From assembly GCF_009914755.1 (NCBI RefSeq), contig NC_060925.1: a stretch of DNA of 64,000 nucleotides; one strand, written 5' to 3'. Position numbers and translations under genes: made by a program. Source of the stretch: the human T2T-CHM13v2.0 reference genome, Homo sapiens. Below the pieces are notes generated by a model. It did not search any database. It was not told the DNA's origin and saw only the letters and a program-made list of their open reading frames with translations. Shown here in pieces: positions 25,447 through 36,682 of this stretch. How positions within the stretch are numbered: position 1 is the first letter of the stretch; the number at the start of each line of letters is the position of its first letter.

Positions 25447-27212
25447 CTGGTGAAATATTTTAGATAAATAAATGCCTGGTTGTTGAGGCCACTGTGGCTT
25501 CTGACTCAAGTGTTTCTTAACCAGAAGGTGACAACACATGATTACTAATGCTCTTATTTAACAGACCTTCATTTTAGGAGTTCTACTTTTCTGTTACAAC
25601 CTTTACTGTTGGTGAAAGGTACATTATAATCACTGGCTTCTTCCCTGAGTAAGCACGCCACTTAAACAACCTGACTGATAGGCCAGGTCAGAGGAGAAAA
25701 CATAAAAGGACTACACAGAGTGTCTTTCTTCCTTTATGTAACAGCCCAAAGAGTAGTAGCAGGGAGCATAACTGTTTATCTAGAACAAATGAAGAAGGAA
25801 CACTGGCTCCCCTGCTAGTCTGAGTTTTCCTATGAAGATAAACAAAGGGAGGAGATGGGGTTTGTGGACAATGGAAAGGCGAATGATTCCAGGAGGCTTA
25901 CAGTGGCTCTGAAATGGCAGCATACCTGTCCCCAGCACACAGGGAGATTATTGTTTCAGAATGCCTGTGTTCCAGTAAGGTCTTTTGTTGCTCTGAAATG
26001 GGTCACGTTCCAACAGAGATTTAACATCTCTGGCAGATGATCTGAACCCGGCCCCCGTAATAAAATGCCTTGGAGAAGAGCGCTGGTCAACTCTGTGTGT
26101 GGTAACAATGATGACACATGGCTCTGGGCTGAGAGGGAAGGGGGCTGGTGCTGCAGCTGGGAAAGGCCACTTGTGATGGCTCAATGAATTTTTATTTATG
26201 AAAGAATCCCAGCAGGGAAAGACACCTTTTCAGTTAATTTGTTCCCCTCAGCCTTATTTTGAGCCCCAAACAAGTGAGCAAGTATAATGCCCTCTGTTCT
26301 CATTAATAAAAAAGAAATGATCACAGCACTTGAAAATCCCTTAAGAAAGGTTCAAGATAAATACAGAGGGCTTTGCGGATATGATGCCATTTATCTTCCC
26401 AGGAGCTGGAGGAGATTTCTTTATGATTATACAAATGGGAGATACAAGTTTCAGGAGCAAAGTTCTTGCTCAATATCCAGAACGGGAACGAAAAGAAGGC
26501 AGGATGTGAGCTCTGAGGATGAGCGGGAGGATTGCCTCCAAGCACAATGCATCGCGTGGACACAAGGTGCTTACTTAATGTCAGCCCTGTGGGGGTTTAC
26601 ATGCATTTTAATAAAGATATTTAAACTGTGGGCGCTAAATGTGTCAGTGACAATTTTAAATAAACGTGAACTATGGAAATCCCAGGTTGCTGAGACGAGT
26701 GTCATTTTTAGCTTCTTGATATAGAGAATGATCAGCTGAGCAGAAAATGGCAGGATCGTGCGTGGGGGAGGGGGCATTCCTGGGAGCTTGGCCTGCAAGG
26801 TCAGGAAAAAAGTAAACCCAAAGGATATCAATTTATTCTCTTTTTGTTTTCCATATACTGTTACTTTCCCATTACTGTCTCATCAAATATTCATTTTCAA
26901 GGGCTTGATTCTATTTTATCTTTCTTTTGTAGTCTGAACCAGTGAGTTAGAGTTCTCAAAGAAACAGGGACTTGGAATCAATTATTTGGCTTAATTAGGT
27001 TATATTCATCATGAAGGAGAGTGATTCTGGGGCCAAGTCCTGGCCCATCTGTGGTACTCAACACCCCACCCCCAGCTGTAGCCGCTGCTCTGTCACTTTC
27101 CATTTTCCACAGGCAGGCCCAGCCTGGTAACAGGGATGGGTTATTGCGGATTGAAGATTAGAAAGGCAGTCACAGCACAAGATGGGGGCTCACGGGCCCA
27201 GCCATTGCTTAG

Positions 27213-27603
<391 letters not shown>

Positions 27604-29370
27604 GGGCAGTGAGTTTTCTAAGGCCCTACAGCCGACCAGAGGCCTCTTAGCTCTCATTCCATGCCCTCCCCCTAAGCCACCCTAAACAGTTTAGTATACT
27701 TGTTCTATTCTTAAATATCTCCAAAGGAAGATAAGCGGGGGAGGAGGGGTGGTGGGGTGGATGGGGCTGTCATGACCTCTCCCTGGGTTGAACCAACACA
27801 GCCTTCAGTGAGGTGCTGGATGCTGTCTGCAGGTTGTCTAGCGTTCTGCCCAGCAGTGCCTCCTGTATTGTGGGCTCCTCACCCACACTCTGCAGAAAGG
27901 TCTTTCTGGAAAAGAGGGGCAGGGGCTCCCCTGGGGGAGCTGAGAGATGAGGGACTGGCCTCACTCATTAAAGCTCCACAGCTATGGGACAATCAAGGCA
28001 CCCACAAGACAGAAATATGAAGCCTCAACTGCCAGAAACTTTGCTTCTTTTTATCTCTTGATGCTGCCCCAAAGGTCACAGGGCAGGAGCTGCACAGAGC
28101 ACATGCTGCCTGTCTAGGGAGGTGATTCAATTAGCCTGTCCTCCATCCCCCAACAACTGAGGTCCTTATCACCTATGTTTCCATGGGTCCAATCCCCTTG
28201 GCTCTCAGGCTCTCCTGAGACACCTCAGCCTGCCAGAAACAGGTGGAAATGGGCTTGTCCTCCATGAGAGGGCAGGGAGCCGGCAGGTTCTATGGGTTTG
28301 CAGACCTGACTTCTCTGCATCATAGAGTGTGGGGAGGGGATGACTCTGTTTTGAAGGTGACTCCAATTTTAAGCCGAGGGGCCATGCAGTGAAAGGGATA
28401 AAGCTTTATTTTGTATTAGTAGAATTTCCAATTTATACAGCTCTCTAGACTTGTTAGGTTTGAAGCCTGTTAAGATGACAGAATATTCATCCAGCTTTCT
28501 AGGATACAGACCGAGGTATGAGATACTGTGAGTGAGGTTTAAGCCTTGTTTGGTCACCCACACTTCCAATCCATTTGAGAAAAAGCAGGCCTGGGGACCA
28601 CCACAGTGATAGAATACAGGATCCTAAGTCGGTGGGATTCAGCGGAGGGTGGAGAAGTTTGCAGATATTACTCAAAGGGATATTTTCTTTGCAGTTGAGG
28701 GAGAAGTGACAGGGTCAAGATTATACAGCAAGTCAGGAGGGGCCAAGATTGCAGCCCAAGTCTTGGGACTCCCAGCCCAGTGCTGTCTCCATTACGTCTC
28801 TGTTAGAACCCAACGCAACCCAGCTCCACAGCTTTAGCCAGAAAGCGTGACACCTTGAGGCCATGCTCCCTTCCCCAACAAGGGCAAGAACCAACATTCA
28901 TAAGAGGAGGAATCTGCTCTTTGGCATCTCTATCCAAGCAGTGAAAACTGCCAAGTGACTTCCTTGCTTGAGCCTCAGGGAACTTACTGTTCTGACAGGG
29001 GTAGAATGTCTTGCCAAGCTCTGATCTCACCCCCTTGGGGCTTTCTCCTAAAGGACAGACTTGGCCAAGGGCTTTGTGAAAGCATTTCAGACCTGGCACA
29101 GTGGTCTGCTGGGAAGTCTTCTTCACAGTTCTTGCTTTCCATTAAGAACTCAGTGTTGCTTTCAAAATGCCCAACACCAGGGGCTTTGTGTTGGCAGCCT
29201 CCACCTTCTTCCTCCATTTCCTTTTGGCCTATTACACACTGGGTAAGAAGCATGTGGCCCTCATGCCCACCTTTCCACAAAAGGCCGAGGGTGTCACTGC
29301 AGCTGACTGCCATTCTCCAGCCCACACTGCCATGCAGCAAACATGCCAAGGGCCAGGTGACCTCACCCAC

Positions 29371-29521
29371 CTCTTTGAAGGATTTCTTTACCTCCACCAA
29401 GGAGTGCCAGTGTGCGATGGGCTTCCGGGGGTATGCCAGCATCTCGTTCCAGTGGTCCCTGCCCAGGCCTTCAGCAGTGATCCCCACACGACAGACTCCT
29501 ATGATCTCATTGTGGCCCACT
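29371..29521 (-). CDS. SYT6: SYT6 coding exon (exon 6, 151 nt): (R)[50 protein letters not shown]
   Basis: Acceptor CTCAG|AGTG, donor GAG|GTGGGT; frame consistent with exon 5; WHxL motif of synaptotagmins; lies within ORF 28984..29562. Confidence 0.96.
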
Positions 29522-30737
29522 CTGAGGGAGAAACAAAAGTCCCAGCACTGGCTACCAGACATGCCCTCAGAAAAGGAGGTCCAGTGTGGGGGGTGGTAGG
29601 ACTCTGCCCGATGGGTCTAACTCAGAACTCTGAGCTCTGAAAACAGATGCTTGGCAGGGCTTCTGGGTGTCAGTGGCGGTGAAGCCTTTGCCTAGTCCCC
29701 TTCAGTGGACACTGGACACAGGCAGATGAGCAAAGGTTATAAACTTGTTTGGAATCTCAAGAAGTGGTGGGCAGATAGCCTGAGTATGCGAGGTGAGACA
29801 GTCTAAGTCTCTTCACTTATTTGACCCCACCAACACATTACAACCTCACTGAGACATCAGTATTTGCAAATAAATCGACAGTCTCTGAGCACCATTTCTC
29901 CAAAACCCCAGTGGCTGGAATGTGATTTATTCACTCGGTAAGAACATCAATTATCTCTTAAGTATGTTCGTCAATACTATGCCTGAGAACTTGGGCTGAA
30001 AGTCCTGTATTGAGGCTTTATTGCATGGTTTCTTTCTCCTTTAGCTAAAGTGACAAGTGGAGAGAAGAAGTTATGGGGACCAGAGTAGTTGAAAAATGTT
30101 TTTGAGCCAGCCTAGATGGAAGAGCAGGATGTGTGGAAGAGACGAAAAATATCTGAGGAAGGGGAGATCCGATTGGATGGATATGCTGGGTCCAGATTAG
30201 GGAAGGCCATCAGAGTCCAAGGGAAAAGCCTGGATCACAGGAGCCATTGATGGTTCTTGAGAAGGGCAGGTCCAGGAAGAAAGCTGTCATTTAGGAAGAT
30301 GTGTCCTTAGTATGTTGACCGAATTGTGGCAGGAATTGATGGAGGCAGGGGTCAGCTAGGAGGCTGCACAGCCATCCCAGGGTGACAGTAGTAGCAACAG
30401 CAGAAATAGAGAGGATAGAGGGGCATTTCAAAGGCCAGATAATAGGACTTGGTGCCAGATGGAAGAATGGGAATAGCAAGGGGTGAATTCAGGGAAACTG
30501 ATGGACAGAGCTGCCCCTGACGGAGATAGGCCAGTTGGGAAAAGAACTTTGAACCTTTGCTAAGGGAGAATCTATGCTCTTCCTCAAACTCCTGCACCCT
30601 TCTTGGGTACAGATAGATTTGAGGCCTGAACCCTAAAGCTGAGCCCTGAATCACAAGGTCTAAGGTCAAGGAGCCCTGTGCTGGTGCTGGAGTGGGAGTG
30701 AGGGGTGGAATTACGTCCCTCTAGGACGCCTACCTAC

Positions 30738-30909
30738 CGATCATAGTCCATGACTGAGATGAGCAGGCTGACTTGATCCATGTTTTCCGGGGGAATGTCA
30801 AAGATGATGGCCTCATTGTAGACAGGATTGAGAGTGTTTTTCTTTATGGTTGTTTTCTTCTTCTTCAGCCTCCGCCCATCACAGAGCAAGGACACTTTCA
30901 CATAGGGAT
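30738..30909 (-). CDS. SYT6: SYT6 coding exon (exon 5, 172 nt): [58 protein letters not shown]
   Basis: Acceptor CACAG|ATCCC, donor ATCG|GTAGGT; hand translation continues the exon 4 frame (G|AT = Asp); polybasic stretch and DYD Ca2+ ligands; absent from the ORF track. Confidence 0.97.
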
Positions 30910-32704
30910 CTGTGCCAATGGGGACAGAGAAAAGGGAATGGAGTATGTTAAACAGATGTCTGCAAACATCATTTGCAGCAAAGGGACCGAAGCCCTAGAC
31001 CTACTGCTGCTCATCAGATGGTATCAGTGGGTTGTTAAAATAATTAAACCACCTTGTATTTATGTAGCACACCTGTCTCTGAGGACACTCTGTGCTTAAT
31101 AAATGCAGAGTCTTTAGCTACCTCAGTATTCTTGGGAGAGCGCCTAATGGACTTTTACTAATGGGGAAGCTGGCCCCATATCAGACATGACACCTGCCGA
31201 TAGGTATGCAGTTCACAGCCCTAAATCTCAGCTCGTCAATCCCTGGCTGACTCAAAAAGGTGATGAGGCTGAACAATGACACTATTTCTTTTACCTATGT
31301 GGAGTACTATTCTTTGAGTGGCTTTTTTGTTTTACCAGAATTACAAACCAAAGGATAAAGGTTTTGGGGCGGGGTAAAAATAGGACTCAACAATGGCCAG
31401 GGAGACACAATGTGTCAGAGTGAAATGAACAGCAACAATCACAATGCTGTTCATGTCCTCCCCACCTGACAACATAATTTTGGGTCCCATTGTCTCAATA
31501 ATCCCATTTCCATTTGGCATCTAGAAGGCGTGAAGTGGCCCTGCTCTCTGCTTCCCTGGAAGCCATTTCCTGCCCACTTCTGGACAGCGGAGAATGAGGG
31601 AGCTGTGGCCCGGGGAGACTCAGGGCAGCTGGTTGACATTTCCTTTCTCAGTGGGATCTTGGATTCTCTCCATCCTGCAAAGAGATGCTTTTATTGAACT
31701 TCCATGTGCCTCCCATCCTTTTGTTTTCTTTAGTTTTCTGAATGGGTATTTCATGGTCATCTTTCTACCCTGAAATTTTCTACTCACCCAAGTGAAGTGA
31801 AACCTAGTGTATCTCATAGCACAGGTGTCTCGGTCACCATCATAATTGTTATTTATGCTGCACAGCTCAAGAAATGGGAGGGCGGCTCACAGGTAATAAT
31901 AGCTTTCGAGACGCTGATGTGCTGAGACACCTTGTTGCCCAGAAGCCAGGGCTCCTGTGAATCTGTCAGGAGGTGCCAGCCAAGCAGCTGCTCCCCAGCT
32001 CTGTGATTCATAGGCATATGGTTCTATCTCCTGGACATCGAGCACCCACTAGGGCCCTGTACTCCCTGGCATCATTCAGATGGCAGATGAGGCACACATC
32101 CCTGGTGGAAATTAGGGAGAACTGTGACACCTGATCAGAAACTCCAAGCCTGAAAGGCATTTTTGTAGACACCTAAATGAGCTGCCGACTAATCCATGTG
32201 GCAGCAGTAGCTATGCCTTAACCATGGGGAGATGAGGTTGGGTTTATGGAGAGACCATGAGGTGTTTAATCAACCTGCTGTCTCAAACTACACATTTGAA
32301 AGGACCCTCTCTTAGGGATTTTCAGTAAAATGGAAGTAAGAGTTTTGAGAACCGGCATGAGGCTCTGGTTTCCACAGATTCCATTCTCTATGGATATGCC
32401 CCAGGACATTATTCAGGTTCAGGTAGACAGATGGGCAGAGCTAGCCCCAATACCTGTCTTTAACACAGCAGCTTGCAAAATCCATAAGGATGTACCTTTT
32501 CTTGCAAAGTGGCTCCAGACTTGAGGTTGCTCAGGTGCCGCCTCATTCCCCTGCTCTACCTATTTCCATACACTCCCACATCAGGGCAGATTTCCATATC
32601 ATGAGGCTTGGAAAAATAGAGGCAGAGCCACTTGTCCCATGGGCCACTGAGCAAATGTCTTAGCAACCTTCCCCAACTCTGTTCATCCTTACAAGGCATA
32701 TCCA

Positions 32705-32831
32705 TTTTTTTTTAAGAGACAAGGTCTTGCTGTTTTGCCCAGTCTGGTCTTGAACTTCTGGGCTCAAGTGATTCTTCCACCTCACCCTCCCGAGTAGCTG
32801 GGATTACAGGCATGAGCTACTGTGCCTGGCT
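32705..32831 (-). mobile_element. FLAM-type Alu monomer
   Basis: Poly-T plus a single Alu arm. Confidence 0.85.
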
Positions 32832-34162
32832 GATATGAAATTTATAAAATTCAGTGCACATATTTCCCTTGCAGGAACCAACACTTTCACCAGCATCCAT
32901 GAAGCCAAGCAGAAAGATGACCGTTCCCTAGGCTTTTCTGGGGCAAAAGTCTGCGGTTTCTAGTGGAATGCTGGCCCCAGATGATCTTGGAGGTCCTTTC
33001 CTCTCTAACAGCCTATGATGCTCTACGCAGCTGAGGGAGGGGACACAAAGACCAGCAGTGTATTTCAGCCTCATTGTCATGGGAGCAATCAAAATCCAGC
33101 ATTTAGAATGTGCTCACCACCCCTTTGTAGCATACTGGTCCTTATTATTATTTTGTGCTATTTTTAGTGTCATGGTTCTAGCAGATAGGCTTAGAGAATT
33201 GATTCAGGGCTAGTTTAGATCATTGAGAATAGGAAGATCCTGGGTTTTAGACATCAATGCCACACAATTCAAGAATAGGCAATTAATAAGCTCCATTCAA
33301 TACCTAGCTTAGTCCAACATCGAATAAGTCTGGGCTGAGGGAAACCTCAAACTCATCCTCAAGAACAGGAGATCTAGTTCGAGAGGCTCCTAGCAAGTAC
33401 ACCCCCACTGCTTCACCCTTGGGCCAGGTTCCTCATGCTGTAAATTCAACCATCCATTCATTCGGTATCTATTTATTGAATGCTTACTGTGTTTTATCCA
33501 CTGTTCCAGATACTTGCTTACATCAATGAACAAAATAGACAGAAACTTGTAATGAAAAGAAGACCCCTGGATCTTCGGAATCAAGCCAAGGTTTAATAAC
33601 AGGTTCCAAACCCAGGTCAAAAAGAGGGGCAATTGTGAAAGGGAGGTTAGAACTTAGCAAGAACAAAATCTCACACCCCAAACCCTCTGATTCAGAGCAG
33701 CTTTTGTGATGACCTCAGCAGCTTCACCATAGGCTTTCTCTCCAGCACATCAATTTAATTACACCAGAGAAGATAGTGTGGGGACTTAGGCAGCAAAATC
33801 CTATTTCCCTCAGCAGCCTTGAGAGTCTTCAGTGAATTTTCTTCCCTGTTATGCACTTATTTTGGTATTAAAATGAAATCTACATTGGCTGTATTTTAGG
33901 GGAAGCTGACTTGCTGCTGCCTAAGCTTTTCCCAGGCCAGAAGAGGTCCGTTAATCTCTTCCCCACATCCTGATGTGTGTGGGTAGCTCTGAGGGACTCA
34001 GAGCTGCAACAAACACATGTTACTCTAGGGTTTCCTGAGCACCTTGTCCTGAAACTTCAGTTTTCAAGGCCTGATACCTCCTCTTCTTCCAGTTGCACCA
34101 GGTTACACCTGAGCCCAGGTGTTTTCGGCTGGGCCATCACCTCTTTCCAGCAACTGATTATA

Positions 34163-34547
34163 CCCAAGACTCAAGCTACTCCTCTGTTATTTCCAAACTC
34201 AAATACCTTCTTCCACAACTTAGGGGGTTTCCAGCAAATAAATAAAGAATACAAAGCAAATATGAGGAAAAATCTTTAATATATTCCCAGCTAAGTTCAG
34301 AAGCACCTCCTGAGTGGTTTTACGTTGGTAATCTGAATCATCGAGAGTCTCTTGAGCAGGAGGACAGGGGATCTAGGGAAACAAACTGAGCTTTTTTCCA
34401 CATTTGCAATTCTGAGTGCAGCCCAGACCAAGAGGCTTCACCCCATTTCACTCCTCAGAGCAGTCTGAGCTGATGAGGGAAGGAGGCTCCCAAGACTCAA
34501 GCTACTCCTCTGTTATTTCCAAACTCAAATACCTCCTTCCACAACTT
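34163..34547 (+). repeat. 59-bp dispersed direct repeat pair (34163-34221 and 34489-34547)
   Basis: 58/59 identical, read directly. Confidence 0.95.
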
Positions 34548-34949
34548 GCAGAATTGTGGGGAAAGACTCAAACCTCTGACACTACGTCCATCCTGCAGGT
34601 CTCTGTGCAGCTGCCCCCAAACAAGCATTTCCTCTGTCGCTAGAATAAGACTATATTTCTATGTTCCTGCTGTACCTAGCAGCTCTCTTGGTGCTGAGGC
34701 TGAGGCCAGGAGGCCTGCAGCAAAGCCTCAAATACAAATGCATTTTACTTTTCAGTGGATTTGTTTCCTTGGCTCAGTGCACAGAATTGCTGCCATAAGC
34801 CTGCATAGACCGGCAAACATTTACACACTCAAACGACATAACCCTGGGGCCTCACATAAATAAGAAAACTTATCCTTAATTTTTAAATCCTATATATTTA
34901 CTTCTTGTTATCTCCCTCTTCTAAGAGAAAGAATGACAGCAACAGATGA

Positions 34950-35145
34950 TATCTACTGAGTGCTTATATGTGTAAGGCACCATTCTGAACATTTACATGA
35001 ATTAACTCATTTCTCCTGAAAGCAACCCATGTAAGATATTATTACTCCCACTTTTCAGACTAGAAAACCAAATCATTTACACAGCAAAGAAGTGGCAGAA
35101 CTGGAATTCGAATCCAGGCAGTTTGTGTCCAGAGCTGGTGCTTCT
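34950..35145 (-). mobile_element. MIR SINE
   Basis: ctactgagtgctta..tacatgaattaactcatt..tggcagaactggaattcgaatccaggca. Confidence 0.7.
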
Positions 35146-35244
35146 ATTCTAAGAATGCTGACAATTCTTTCTCCTTCTCCCCGAACACCCTTCCAAATCC
35201 TAATGTCTGGGCTGCTGGCAGGCCACTTGGGTTAAGAGAGGTAC

Positions 35245-35365
35245 CTGAATAGCCTGTGATGTCCATCGCCTTGAGGTTCCGACACTTAATCACTGTGAGG
35301 GTGAGCCTGCCTGCAGTGGGCAGGTAGCAAAGGGAGAACATGATCTCTCCCAAGTCCACGCTTTC
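35245..35365 (-). CDS. SYT6: SYT6 coding exon (exon 4, 121 nt): start of C2[41 protein letters not shown]
   Basis: Minus-strand acceptor TTTGCAG|GAAAGC and donor TCAG|GTACCT; phase 0 in, phase 1 out; synaptotagmin C2B N-terminus (SYT3/6/9/10 class), residues match SYT6 as I recall it. Confidence 0.97.
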
Positions 35366-36474
35366 CTGCAAAGAAGCACACAAGAGGGCAGATGAGGGGC
35401 TTGCAGACCATGGGCCTCATGTCCAGTGCAGTATCTGCTGGGGCGCTCTGGGGTCAGGAGGAGGCTCTTGGAGACACTGTGCTGTGTTTTTAAGACTAAG
35501 GGACTGGCCTCCATGCTGCAAGTAACAGGGTATAAAAGGCAATGGAAACAATATTGCCTCTTCAGTACAATTTGCCCCTTCCAATATTCCCTCTCAATGT
35601 CAACCACATTCTGACCCTGGTCCTTGCTGTTCTGCTTTTGGCCTGACTTGATCTCCATGCGCCCCTTGGCTGCAGCCTCAAACCACCAGCCCCTTTGTGG
35701 CCTCTTCCTGTTCTCCTCCAGCCCACCCTTCTCAGTCACTGACCCCCTTGACTTCCTGCCCATCCAGGCATGTGGTCATGACAGTGTCCTGGACAAGACA
35801 CATGCTCTAGACTTCAGCTGTCCCCTCTCCCAGCAGGTCCATGATTCTTTTCTTCTTCTGCCCCTCAGTGCAGTTGTTCTTTGTCAATCACAGCCAACCA
35901 AGGAGACAAACACTTTCCATCCCATCTGATGGCAAGTGTTTGATGCCAGGCCTCAGGTCCACTTTCTCTTTTCTCCTTAAATGTGGTCATCCTTTAAAAA
36001 TAAACCCAGCACAGAGCACACGCTCTGCTGCCTCTCCTAACCCCAGAATTGTCATGGCCAGGGATTCCTGGGAGTTTCTGAGAGAACAGGAAAACCTCAA
36101 AGACAGTAAGCACACCCATCTGTGGCATTAAACAGTGCCTTGCCAGGTTGCTTCCTCCATTTGATGAAGGAGGGCGCTGTCACGGTGAAGCCTCCTCCCA
36201 CAGGTTTGAGGAGGGACTCCAAGATATGGAGACATTCCCTCCCATAGGGCTTCCAGAGTCAGGTTTGAGGAGGAAGAGGTCAGCGTTTAGGGTGATTTCA
36301 GATGAGGCCCTCCATCCATCCATCCATTCAGTAATTCAGTCAGTTAACAACTATTTATTGAGCACCTGTTATGTGCTAAGTGTTGATCTGAGTGCTAAGG
36401 ATATAGGAGAGAACAAAACAGACAAAAATCCCTGTTTTCATGGAACTTAAAAAATAAATTTCAACTTAAAAAAA

Positions 36475-36682
36475 ATTCCACCTTTTATTTTAGGTTCAGA
36501 TTCAGAGGGTACATATAGAGGTTTGTAACATGGGTATATTGCATGATGCTGAGGTTTGGGGTACAGATGATCCTGCCACCCAGGTAGTGAGCATAGCACC
36601 CAACAGTTAGCTTTTCAAACCTTGCCCCCTCCCTCCCTCCCGACTCTAGTAGTCCCCAGTGTCTATTGTTGCCATCTTTACG
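36475..36682 (-). mobile_element. L1PA/L1PB-type 3' UTR fragment inserted in an L2 remnant (36313-36860)
   Basis: ttttattttaggttcag..ggtacat..gaggtttg..atgggtatattgcatgatgctgaggtttgggg..ctagtagtccccagtgtctattgttgccatcttta. Confidence 0.85.

Noticed and set aside
28955-29640. Long + strand ORFs (214 aa, 157 aa)
   Set aside because: Antisense shadows of SYT6 exon 6 and GC-rich flank; non-ATG starts or no recognisable domain
30773-31099. 108-aa + strand ORF
   Set aside because: Antisense to exon 5; the real coding frame is on the minus strand
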